This document shows positions 8,099 through 17,028 of a stretch of DNA of 28,826 nt, in pieces. The DNA comes from Bacteroidota bacterium (lineage in GTDB: Bacteria > Bacteroidota > Bacteroidia > Chitinophagales > Chitinophagaceae): positions 1 to 28,826 of the forward strand of contig JAFDXS010000001.1 of NCBI GenBank assembly GCA_018267795.1, given 5' to 3'. The position numbers and the translations under genes are program-made. The notes below the pieces were generated by a model that was given only the letters and a program-made list of their open reading frames with translations, did no database searches and was not told where the DNA came from. The first letter of the stretch is position 1. Every line of letters starts with the position of its first letter.

Positions 8099-9310
8099 AT
8101 GTCTCGTTCCTACGCCGATATGCCCTTACACTATGGTCAGGTACCACCCTGGCTTTATCAGCGTATGAGCAAGCTGGGAGTTGCGATCATCGAGGCTATT
8201 GTCACAGAATATGGCAAAAGCGCTGTTTTAGCCCGTCTTAGCGATCCTTTTTGGTTTCAGGCGCTTGGTTGTGTATTAGGAATGGACTGGCATTCATCCG
8301 GTATCACTACATCTGTTATGGGCGCTTTAAAGCGTTCTGTAAATCCAAGGGCAAAAGAATTGGGGATTTATATCTGCGGCGGTAAAGGAAAGTATTCGAG
8401 AGAGACACCTGCGGAACTAATAAAGATAGCTGAAGAAACAGGGCTTGATGGCGATTTGCTGGTACGCAGCAGTAAGCTATCTGCCAAGGTAGATAATACT
8501 GCCATACAGGATGGCTACCAACTATATCTACACTCTTTTATTTTGAGCAATGAGGGTGAGTGGGCAGTTGTGCAGCAAGGCATGAATGATGCGAACGGTA
8601 TGGCAAGGCGTTATCATTGGCATTCCCCGTCCTTAAAGTCTTTTGTGGAAGAGCCACATACTTATATATATGGCCACAACCAAGGTTTGATATTAAATAT
8701 TACGGATAAGAAAGCAGATACTACGCGTTCCGGCATATTACAGCTCACACACGAAGAACCTGCGAGTCTGTTGCCGGAAATCAGAAAGCTGTTTATGCCC
8801 GTTCATCACGATGTAAAGGCAAAGGACGTTGACCTTAAAAGATTGGGTGCAATACTGGCTGTGGCTCATGAAAAAGAAGGTCTGGATATAGAGTCCTTGT
8901 TGCTCCTGGAAGGCTTGGGCCCACGCACTTTGCAGTCATTAACGCTCGTAAGCGAAGTAATACACGGCACACCTTCACGTTTCGAAGATCCTGCTCGTTT
9001 TTCTTTTGCCCATGGCGGTAAAGACGGCCATCCCTTCCCTGTTCCCACCAAAGTATATGATGAAACCATACATACTTTAGAGATTGCAGTGAACAGGTCT
9101 AAGCTTGGTCATACCGATAAAAGCGCAGCAATAAAAAATCTTTCGAAAGCGGCGCAGTTGCTAGAGAAGGATTTTCAACCCAATAATAATTTTGAGCAGC
9201 TCATAGAGCATGAACGAAATGAATCATGGAAGTATGGCGGTAGAACTGTGATGGGCAAGGCAGTACCGCCTAAACAAAAGCCAAAGGGCTTTCAACTAAG
9301 ACTATTTTAG
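8099..9310 (+). CDS. DUF763 (COG1415-like) protein
   Basis: Family motifs recognised from memory: DPFWFQALGCVLGMDWHSSGITT, GGKG, AKVDN, QQGMN, RRYHW, FSFAHGGKDGHPFPV; also an HhH-like LLLLEGLGPRT and C-terminal QLRLF. Confidence 0.88.
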   Translation: MSRSYADMPLHYGQVPPWLYQRMSKLGVAIIEAIVTEYGKSAVLARLSDPFWFQALGCVLGMDWHSSGITTSVMGALKRSVNPRAKELGIYICGGKGKYSRETPAELIKIAEETGLDGDLLVRSSKLSAKVDNTAIQDGYQLYLHSFILSNEGEWAVVQQGMNDANGMARRYHWHSPSLKSFVEEPHTYIYGHNQGLILNITDKKADTTRSGILQLTHEEPASLLPEIRKLFMPVHHDVKAKDVDLKRLGAILAVAHEKEGLDIESLLLLEGLGPRTLQSLTLVSEVIHGTPSRFEDPARFSFAHGGKDGHPFPVPTKVYDETIHTLEIAVNRSKLGHTDKSAAIKNLSKAAQLLEKDFQPNNNFEQLIEHERNESWKYGGRTVMGKAVPPKQKPKGFQLRLF

Positions 9311-9320
9311 GCTTGGCTAT

Positions 9321-9349
9321 AAAAGAAAAAGACCGGAATATCCGGTCTT
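9321..9349. terminator. Terminator between convergent DUF763 and the second csp
   Basis: AAGACCGGA-ATA-TCCGGTCTT; the U-tract is on the minus strand, so it is stronger for the csp. Confidence 0.75.
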
Positions 9350-9370
9350 AACTTAAGGTTTTTTCAATGA

Positions 9371-9577
9371 TTAACGTATAACTCGAACATTAACTGCGTT
9401 CATTCCTTTTCTACCTTGTTGCAATTCAAATTCAACACGGTCGTTTTCTTTCACCTGGTCTCTTAAACCGCTAACGTGAACGAATGTTTCCTGGTTTGAT
9501 TCGTCATGCTTAATGAAGCCAAAACCTTTGCCTTCATTGAAGAACTTTACAGTTCCGGTTAATTTTTGTGTTTGCAC
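9371..9577 (-). CDS. Cold-shock domain protein (68 aa)
   Basis: GTVKFFNEGKGFGFI and FVH RNP motifs; GTG start; TATCTTTG box at 9612-9619. Confidence 0.95.
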   Translation of the reverse strand: MQTQKLTGTVKFFNEGKGFGFIKHDESNQETFVHVSGLRDQVKENDRVEFELQQGRKGMNAVNVRVIR

Positions 9578-9658
9578 TGTAAAAAAATTTAAATAAATAA
9601 AAGAGTAATACCAAAGATAGCATTTAGTTTAAAAAAACAAACACTTCAGTATTATTTT

Positions 9659-10765
9659 TTAGTGCTTACCAAGCTTTCTTAACATTTTTGCATGTTGCCA
9701 AAGTGCATGCATAAACGTAGGCTCCACTTTATATGGCAGGCCATGTTCTTGTGCTGCAGATTTTACTATTACAGATAGCTCTCTGTAATGCACATGACAT
9801 ATATAGGGGAAGAGATGATGTTCTATTTGGTTATTTAATCCGCCAATGAACCATGAAAATATTCTGCTTTTTGGCGAGAAATTTATAGTGTTTAGCAACT
9901 GATGCACAGCCCAGTTATTTTCCATTTTCCTGTCTTCGTTTGGTGCAGGAAATTCAGCATCTTCCATCACATGGGCAAGCTGAAAAATACAGGAAAGCGC
10001 AAGGCCGGCAACAAAGTGCAGTATCAGGAAGCCTAATACAACGGCCTGCCATGACATACCAGAGAAAATAATAGGAAGTACAAGTATGTAACCGAAATAA
10101 ATTACTTTATAAATAGTAAGTTCAGTAAGTGCTTTACGCAGTGATATTTTTTCTTTGCGTAGCAATTCTTTTTTCTCGTAAGCGAATAGTAAACGGTAGT
10201 CTTTATAAGTTACCCATTGCAGTGTAAGCAGGCCATAAAGGAACCATGCATATATATGCTGAAAACGATGTAAAAAATAACGTTTGCTGTGTGGTGAAAA
10301 ACGAAGCAGCATACCTGCATCTATATCCTCATCCAGACCTTCAATATTTGTATAGGTATGGTGCAGGATGTTATGCTGTATTCTCCAGGTTACATCATAG
10401 CCGCCTACCAGGTTCACTATATCACCAATATATTTATTTACATTTTTGTTAGTAGAGTATGAACCGTGGTTGGAGTCGTGATGTACAGAGCAGCCTATAC
10501 CCACCATGCCAAGTCCCATCAGGAACCACAAAGAAAAAAACAGGAATGGACTTACAGCTGCAAGCCCTGATACTATGAAAGCATAAGGCCCGAAGAACAA
10601 AGCAATCATAGCAACGGTTTTCCATTTCATTGCTTTGTTACCGTAAGCTGTTAGATTATTCTCGCTGAAATATTTGTCGATATTTTTCTTTACTGTATCG
10701 TAAAAACCTTCACCGTTGCGTGGAGCAAATCGAACGATGTTTAACTTATTAACTGAAATTGACAA
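9659..10765 (-). CDS. Fatty-acid/acyl-CoA desaturase, front-end (delta-6-like) type without cytochrome b5 fusion
   Basis: His boxes HDSNH, HNILHH and QIEHH (the Gln-for-His third box is typical of front-end desaturases); TATCTTTG box at 10783-10790. Confidence 0.92.
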   Translation of the reverse strand: MSISVNKLNIVRFAPRNGEGFYDTVKKNIDKYFSENNLTAYGNKAMKWKTVAMIALFFGPYAFIVSGLAAVSPFLFFSLWFLMGLGMVGIGCSVHHDSNHGSYSTNKNVNKYIGDIVNLVGGYDVTWRIQHNILHHTYTNIEGLDEDIDAGMLLRFSPHSKRYFLHRFQHIYAWFLYGLLTLQWVTYKDYRLLFAYEKKELLRKEKISLRKALTELTIYKVIYFGYILVLPIIFSGMSWQAVVLGFLILHFVAGLALSCIFQLAHVMEDAEFPAPNEDRKMENNWAVHQLLNTINFSPKSRIFSWFIGGLNNQIEHHLFPYICHVHYRELSVIVKSAAQEHGLPYKVEPTFMHALWQHAKMLRKLGKH

Positions 10766-10909
10766 CTTAAAAAAAATTTTACCAAAGATATACTTTTAAT
10801 GCGGGTATTCACATTAATGTTACATTATTAACATTTCATGCTTGTTATACATTATAACAGCTATTCTTTGTTTAAAGAATAGCTGTTATTTGTTTAAAAG
10901 TAATTGAAA

Positions 10910-12190
10910 TTAATGACCTCTTAAAGCAGCAATTTTTTTCTTCATTTCTCCTGCTTTGTCCAGCTTGCCTTGTATAGCATATATATTCTGCAAAGCTATC
11001 ATGCTGGAGAGATAAGTGTTTTTATCATCATTGCTCAGCGCGCCTGCTTTTGCGTCAAAAGCATTGTAGGTATTTTCAAGATAAGGAATAGACTTGGTAA
11101 ACAACGCATCTCTTTTTGCTTTCAGGTCGTCATACTTTTTCTGCTCTGCAGTAGTCAGGTCTTTCATTTGTCCGTTGTACACAGTTGCTTCGTTGAAGAA
11201 CAGCGCACCAAGGTTGTAGTTGTATATCGCTTTCTGATTATTAGCAGTATTTTCAGGTGTAGCATCTATTGCTTTCTGATAAGCGGTTTCTGCTTTTGCT
11301 ATATAGTCATTGTAGTTTGCCGGCTTAGCTACATCATGTCCTGCAGCATCCTTAGGGAAAGCAAGTTGTTCATAGCCATTTCCCAATATTGCTTGCAGTT
11401 CAGCGTTGTTGGGCTCCTTTGCTACTGCATCTTCCAGTTTCTTTATCAGCACATCCTGCTGGCCTGTTTTTATATAGTAGTTTATTTCTGCTATCCTTAG
11501 TGATTTGTCTTCAGGGAAAGCTCTTCTGCCTTCTTCCAGTGCTGCTATAGATTCGGCATTCTTTTTCTGCTTTTCGTATATATCAGACAAGTTCATGTAT
11601 AGAACAGGTTCTTTTATATACGGACTTGTTTTTAGTTCGTTTATATAGGTTATAGCCTCATCGTAGCGGTTGCCGTAATAGGCAGCATTAGCCATTACAT
11701 ATTTTGCTTTTGCAGCAATAGTATCAAAAGATTTATCACTGAATCTTTTGCCACCCTGCAGATCATGTATCTCTACCACATGTTTCATTTGTTCTATTGC
11801 ATCGTCAAATTTCCTTGAGTTATAATCTTCAATACCCTCGTTGAAATAGATGTACGCACAAGACAGTAGATTCGCGTTCACTTCATTCTTCTGGTAGTCA
11901 GGCTTTATTTCTATTACTTTTATCAGAGATGCAGTTGCTTCTTTATATGGTGCGCTGCTTTTGTATTTATTACTCGACTGCATTGCAAGGTAGATACCTG
12001 CTCTCACCCACCATGTTTTTGCCTCATTTTTTGTACTTGGGTCTTGTATGGCTTTTTCTATGTAATCTTTTGCTTTCAGTGTGTCGCCATCCAGCGTTAA
12101 TGCTTCTTTAGCAGAAGCAACATTCTTATCCTGTGCTGTAGCGGACATAGCTGAAAAGCCTATTGCCGCAATCAGTAATATTTTTTTCAT
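10910..12190 (-). CDS. Secreted tetratricopeptide-repeat protein
   Basis: Signal peptide ending ATA-Q; multiple Ala/Tyr-rich helical repeats (YNYNLGALFF, AETAYQKAI); gyrA-TPR adjacency is common in Bacteroidota. Confidence 0.88.
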   Translation of the reverse strand: MKKILLIAAIGFSAMSATAQDKNVASAKEALTLDGDTLKAKDYIEKAIQDPSTKNEAKTWWVRAGIYLAMQSSNKYKSSAPYKEATASLIKVIEIKPDYQKNEVNANLLSCAYIYFNEGIEDYNSRKFDDAIEQMKHVVEIHDLQGGKRFSDKSFDTIAAKAKYVMANAAYYGNRYDEAITYINELKTSPYIKEPVLYMNLSDIYEKQKKNAESIAALEEGRRAFPEDKSLRIAEINYYIKTGQQDVLIKKLEDAVAKEPNNAELQAILGNGYEQLAFPKDAAGHDVAKPANYNDYIAKAETAYQKAIDATPENTANNQKAIYNYNLGALFFNEATVYNGQMKDLTTAEQKKYDDLKAKRDALFTKSIPYLENTYNAFDAKAGALSNDDKNTYLSSMIALQNIYAIQGKLDKAGEMKKKIAALRGH

Positions 12191-12229
12191 TACACTTTTT
12201 TTAGGTGATTCAGTTGTATTATGTGTTTA

Positions 12230-12271
12230 TTAAAGAAAATCTTCCATGCAAAAGTGGAAGATTTTCTTTAA
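12230..12271 (-). terminator. 17-bp perfect inverted repeat, probable gyrA terminator
   Basis: TTAAAGAAAATCTTCCA-N8-TGGAAGATTTTCTTTAA, 18 bp past the gyrA stop. Confidence 0.65.
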
Positions 12272-12289
12272 ACTATCAGATTAAATTAT

Positions 12290-14938
12290 TTATTGCTCCG
12301 GAGCAGGATTTATATCTATCACGCCCGCGCTTTCTTCACCACCTTCATCCTCCGCATCGGTAACTTCCTGTTCTTCTATACGTGCTATAGCCGCTATCTC
12401 GTCACCTTCATCCAGGTTTATTAGTTTCACGCCTTGCGTTGCTCTGCCCGCCTCACGAATGTTCTCTACACTCATGCGTATAGTAATACCCGAGCGGCAG
12501 GTAATAACCAAATCATCTTTTTCTTCTACCGCCAACAATCCTACCAGGCCTCCGGTTTTTTCAGTTATGTTTATGGTCTTTACACCCTTACCGCCACGGT
12601 TAGTGATACGGTAGCTCAGTTGATATTTCTGTTTGTTACCTTCAGCATCTTCTATCTCTACAGTATTCGACAGATCTTCTGTATTGTCGCTCTCCACCTT
12701 TTCAAGGAATGGCGTGCGTTTCCCCAATCCTTTTTCCGATACCACAAGTATGTTTTTAGATGTGCTGTTTTTAGATACACATATCATACCCACTACTTCA
12801 TCGTTCTTTTCGTCCAACTCTATACCAAATACGCCTATAGCGCCGCGACCTGTAGTACGCACCTTATCTTCAGGGAAGCATATCGCCCTGCCTGATTTCA
12901 CTGCCATCATTATATAGCTGTTACCATCAGTCAGCGACACATCAAGCAGCTGGTCTCCATCTTGTATGGTTATAGCATTGATACCATTTTGGCGCGGACG
13001 GCTAAAGTCTTCAAGTGAAGTTTTCTTTATTACGCCCTGTTTGGTACATAGTACTATACAGTGGTTTTCTATATATTCCTTGTCTTCCAGGTTTGGTATA
13101 TCTATTATCGTACGTATTTTATCATCTGTCGGCAGCTGTATCAGGTTCTGTATCGCACGACCCTTTGCATTTTTATCGGCTTCAGGTATTTCATACACTT
13201 TCAGCCAGTAGCAGCGGCCTCTTTCTGTAAAGAAAAGTAAGGTATGGTGGGTTGATGCTACGAACAGGTGTTCTATAAAGTCTTCATCACGTGTGCGTCC
13301 CGCCATTGCGCCTCTGCCACCACGGCGTTGTGCACGATATTCAGCCTGGGAAGTGCGTTTGATATAGCCTAAGTGAGATATCGTTATTACTACATCTTCT
13401 TCTTCTATCAGGTCTTCTATGCGCATCTCATTGGCCATATAGTGTATCTCGCTTTTGCGTTCGTCACCATACTTTTTTTGCACTTCCAGTAGCTCATCTT
13501 TTATTATCTGGTAGCGCATGTCCTCATTACCCAATATCTCTTTCAGGTGGCTTATCAGCTTCATCAGCTCGGCATGCTCTTCGCGTATCTTGTCGCGTTC
13601 CATACCTGTCAGGCGTTGCAGGCGCAGTTCCAGCACCGCCTTAGCCTGTATTTCACTCATCTCAAATTGCGTGATCAGGCCACTTTTTGCTATATCCGGG
13701 TTTGCAGAGTTTCTTATCAACGATATCACTTCATCCAGGTGGTCCAGCGCTATCAGGTAGCCTTCCAGTATATGTGCGCGTTTTTCAGCTTCCCGCAGTT
13801 CATATTGAGTACGACGCACCACCACTTCATGACGGAAGATGATGAATTCAGATATCAGATCCTTCAGATTAAGGGTCTTAGGCCTGCCGCCTACCAGTGC
13901 CACATTATTGATACCGTAAGATGTCTGCAGCTCACTGTACTTATACAGTTGGTTTATTATCACCTGTGCCACAGCATCGCGGCGTATTTCCACCACTATA
14001 CGCGTACCTTCTTTGTTCGATTCGTTGGCTATATGCGTTATGCCTTCTATTATCTTATTATTTACCAGATATCCTATCTTTTCTGCCAGCGCATCACGGC
14101 TTACCTGGTAAGGGACTTCTGTTATTACTATTTGTTCTCTGCCATTTTTGGTAGTTTCTACATTCACTTTACCGCGTATCACTACCCTGCCACGGCCTGT
14201 ATGCATCCCCTGCTTTATACCCTCTACACCGTAAATGATACCACCAGTCGGAAAATCAGGGGCCTTCACATACTTCATCAGCTCATCTATGGTTATTTCT
14301 TTGTTGTCTATGTATGCAATACAACCATTTATTACCTCTGTCAGGTTGTGCGGCATCATATTGGTTGCCATACCTACAGCTATACCCGATGAGCCATTTA
14401 TCAGCAACTGAGGCACCCGGCTTGGCAATACAGTTGGTTCCTGCAGGGAGTCATCAAAGTTTAGTGAGAAATCTACAGTTTCCTTATCAAGGTCTTCCAG
14501 CACGCTTTCTGCTATACGCTGAAGGCGCGACTCGGTATAACGCATTGCTGCCGGTCCATCACCGTCCTGGCTGCCAAAGTTACCCTGCCCGTCTATCATC
14601 ATATAGCGCATGCTCCATGGCTGGGCCATACGCACCATAGCATCATATACAGAAGTATCGCCATGCGGGTGGTATTTACCCAGTACTTCCCCCACTATAC
14701 GGGCACATTTCTTATGCGGCTTATTAAAAGTATTGCCCAGTTCATGCATCGCAAACAATACGCGGCGATGCACCGGCTTCAATCCATCACGAACATCCGG
14801 TAAAGCACGGCCCACTATTACCGACATCGAGTAGTCGATATAGGCCGTTTTCATCTGCTCTTCTATGTTAATTTGTAAAATCTTATTTGTTTGCTCAGAA
14901 GAATCCTGAGGCGTTAAATCCTGGTTGTTTTGATCCAT
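12290..14938 (-). CDS. gyrA: DNA gyrase subunit A
   Basis: [24 protein letters not shown], catalytic AAMRYTE, GyrA-box QRRGGRG (which argues against ParC), pinwheel repeats and acidic tail; TATATTTG box at 14963-14970. Confidence 0.98.
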   Translation of the reverse strand: MDQNNQDLTPQDSSEQTNKILQINIEEQMKTAYIDYSMSVIVGRALPDVRDGLKPVHRRVLFAMHELGNTFNKPHKKCARIVGEVLGKYHPHGDTSVYDAMVRMAQPWSMRYMMIDGQGNFGSQDGDGPAAMRYTESRLQRIAESVLEDLDKETVDFSLNFDDSLQEPTVLPSRVPQLLINGSSGIAVGMATNMMPHNLTEVINGCIAYIDNKEITIDELMKYVKAPDFPTGGIIYGVEGIKQGMHTGRGRVVIRGKVNVETTKNGREQIVITEVPYQVSRDALAEKIGYLVNNKIIEGITHIANESNKEGTRIVVEIRRDAVAQVIINQLYKYSELQTSYGINNVALVGGRPKTLNLKDLISEFIIFRHEVVVRRTQYELREAEKRAHILEGYLIALDHLDEVISLIRNSANPDIAKSGLITQFEMSEIQAKAVLELRLQRLTGMERDKIREEHAELMKLISHLKEILGNEDMRYQIIKDELLEVQKKYGDERKSEIHYMANEMRIEDLIEEEDVVITISHLGYIKRTSQAEYRAQRRGGRGAMAGRTRDEDFIEHLFVASTHHTLLFFTERGRCYWLKVYEIPEADKNAKGRAIQNLIQLPTDDKIRTIIDIPNLEDKEYIENHCIVLCTKQGVIKKTSLEDFSRPRQNGINAITIQDGDQLLDVSLTDGNSYIMMAVKSGRAICFPEDKVRTTGRGAIGVFGIELDEKNDEVVGMICVSKNSTSKNILVVSEKGLGKRTPFLEKVESDNTEDLSNTVEIEDAEGNKQKYQLSYRITNRGGKGVKTINITEKTGGLVGLLAVEEKDDLVITCRSGITIRMSVENIREAGRATQGVKLINLDEGDEIAAIARIEEQEVTDAEDEGGEESAGVIDINPAPEQ

Positions 14939-15056
14939 ATTTGGGGATTAAAAAAAGATATGCAAATATAAGGAAAAATAGCGGCATTTCAGGCCTTTAT
15001 ACGGGCTTATTAACAGGTGTTGATAAATATCTGATAACTTTATTTCAAGCACCTTT

Positions 15057-15488
15057 CTAAGGCTTTTTCAGCACTGCTACAGTTAGTCTGCTTACGCATA
15101 TCAGTTTGTCTCTTTCATCCCTTATTTTTATGTCCCATACATGGGTTGTTTTGCCTATATGCAATGGCGTTGCCGACCCGGTCACTATCCCCTCCTTTTT
15201 ACCTCGTATATGGTTACAATTTAGCTCTATGCCCACACATATCTGTTTTTCTACATCTATACATAACCAGGATGCCACACTACCTATTGTCTCGGCAAGT
15301 GCAGCTGATGCACCTCCATGCAACAATCCATAGGGTTGATGTGTTGCATTGTTTACAGGCATTGTTGCCTGTAGTAAATTTTCTTCAATGTGAGTGAATT
15401 GAATGTTTAATACCTCGCCCATTGTATTGTGGTTAAGAGCGTTTATTGTGCTCAGACTTAAATCATTATGTCGCCAGATTTGAGCCAT
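15057..15488 (-). CDS. Hotdog-fold thioesterase (PaaI/MenI/EntH-like)
   Basis: QPYGLLHGGASAALAET; GIELNCNHIR; GKTTHVWDIKI. Confidence 0.92.
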   Translation of the reverse strand: MAQIWRHNDLSLSTINALNHNTMGEVLNIQFTHIEENLLQATMPVNNATHQPYGLLHGGASAALAETIGSVASWLCIDVEKQICVGIELNCNHIRGKKEGIVTGSATPLHIGKTTHVWDIKIRDERDKLICVSRLTVAVLKKP

Positions 15489-15607
15489 GTGGTTATACTT
15501 TTATTACATTTGCGAAAAGAAGGTACCGGGGTATGATGGTAAATGTATAAAGTGCAATAATATTGTTTATTTTGGTGTTTTGCTTTAAATAACTTTTTAA
15601 TAGAATT

Positions 15608-16936
15608 ATGCGTACAATTTTGATCGCAGGTGCCGGTAAGTCATCTATTTATTTAATCCAATACCTTCTCTCAATTGCTTCGCGCAATAAATGGAAAGTA
15701 GTGGTGGCTGACGGTAATAAAGAAAATATTGAAAGTAAAATAAACGGTAATCCATTTGCTGAAGCTGCTGTAATTGACATAACTAAAAATACTGAACGTG
15801 AAGCACTTGTGAAACGTGCAGATATGGTTGTTTCCCTCATGCCTCCTCATTTACATATCTTACTAGCCAAGGATTGTTTAAAGCATAAAAAGAATCTTAT
15901 TACGTCTTCCTACATCTCTCCCGAGATGAAGGAAATGGACAAAGCTGTAAAAGAAGCTGGTCTTATATTCATGTGCGAGATGGGCCTTGATCCCGGCATA
16001 GACCACATGACAGCCAGCCAGATCATACACAGCATCCAGCGTGTAGCATCAGTTATTACTTCGTTTAAATCTTATTGTGGCGGCCTTATTGCACCGGAAT
16101 GTGACAATAACCCATGGCATTATAAGTTTACTTGGAATCCCAAAAATATTATCACCGCAGGTGCAGACGGTGCCAGGTATCTTTCCCACGGCAAAGAAGT
16201 GGACGTGCCTTATAGCGAGATCTTTAAGAACAATAAAAAAATCAAGGTTGATGATTTAGGCTCTTTAGCCTATTATCCCAACCGCGACTCTATGCGCTAC
16301 CTGGAGCTATATGATATTCCTGAAGTTAAAACTTTCATGCGTGCCACTTTAAGGCACCCTGGTTTTTGCAAAGGCTGGGAAGCTATTGTTGCCTTAGGCC
16401 TAACTAATAATCAGGATACTTTTGATGCCGGTGGACAAACCTTAGCATCATGGTTAAAAAACAAATCCGGATATCATAATACCATTTCATTACAGGAGCA
16501 TATATCCCAAAAGCTGGAGCTGCCGGCAGATAGCAAAGTCATCTCCATGCTTGAGTGGCTGGGCCTTTTTGATGAAATACCACTAAAAAAGGGCAAAACC
16601 AATTCTGCCGATCTTTTACTTGGCCTGCTCTCAGATAAATGGAAAATGCAGCCTGCGGAAAAAGACATGGTTGTAATGCAGCATGAGGTAGAATATATCC
16701 ATAAAGAAAGGAAGATAAAGCTTACTAGCTCTATGGTATTGAAGGGCGAAAACAGCGATTATTCTGCAATGGCAAAGACTGTTGGTCTTCCTATGGCAAT
16801 ATTGGCAAAGCTACTGCTCAATAAAAAGGTCTCAGCCCCTGCTGGTGTTAATATCCCTAATATGCCATCTGTTTACAGACCTGTTTTAACCGAGCTGCAC
16901 CATCACGGCATTAACTTCAAGGAAGAAGTCGAATAA
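15608..16936 (+). CDS. Saccharopine dehydrogenase family protein
   Basis: Rossmann ILIAGAGKS; EMGLDPGIDHM; SYCGGL; YKFTWNP; YPNRDS; RATLR; AMAKTVGLP. Confidence 0.92.
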   Translation: MRTILIAGAGKSSIYLIQYLLSIASRNKWKVVVADGNKENIESKINGNPFAEAAVIDITKNTEREALVKRADMVVSLMPPHLHILLAKDCLKHKKNLITSSYISPEMKEMDKAVKEAGLIFMCEMGLDPGIDHMTASQIIHSIQRVASVITSFKSYCGGLIAPECDNNPWHYKFTWNPKNIITAGADGARYLSHGKEVDVPYSEIFKNNKKIKVDDLGSLAYYPNRDSMRYLELYDIPEVKTFMRATLRHPGFCKGWEAIVALGLTNNQDTFDAGGQTLASWLKNKSGYHNTISLQEHISQKLELPADSKVISMLEWLGLFDEIPLKKGKTNSADLLLGLLSDKWKMQPAEKDMVVMQHEVEYIHKERKIKLTSSMVLKGENSDYSAMAKTVGLPMAILAKLLLNKKVSAPAGVNIPNMPSVYRPVLTELHHHGINFKEEVE

Positions 16937-17028
16937 GCTGTAGAAGCTAGCTTGCAGTACAATAATATAAATATTTAGTTTTCAGATGCTTGTCTTTACT
17001 TTTGCATCCTGAAATCTCTATAGTTGTT

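Noticed and set aside
13547-14392. 281-aa ORF antisense to gyrA, plus the many other nested or antisense ORFs inside the ABC, MFS, TPR, T9SS, pyrB and acyl-CoA dehydrogenase genes
   Set aside because: Typical shadow frames of conserved genes; composition is unnatural and there are no motifs
14620-14690. Thr at the GyrA position equivalent to E. coli Ser83 (HGDTSVYD)
   Set aside because: Thr here is wild-type in several Bacteroidota such as Flavobacterium, so it is not evidence of acquired quinolone resistance
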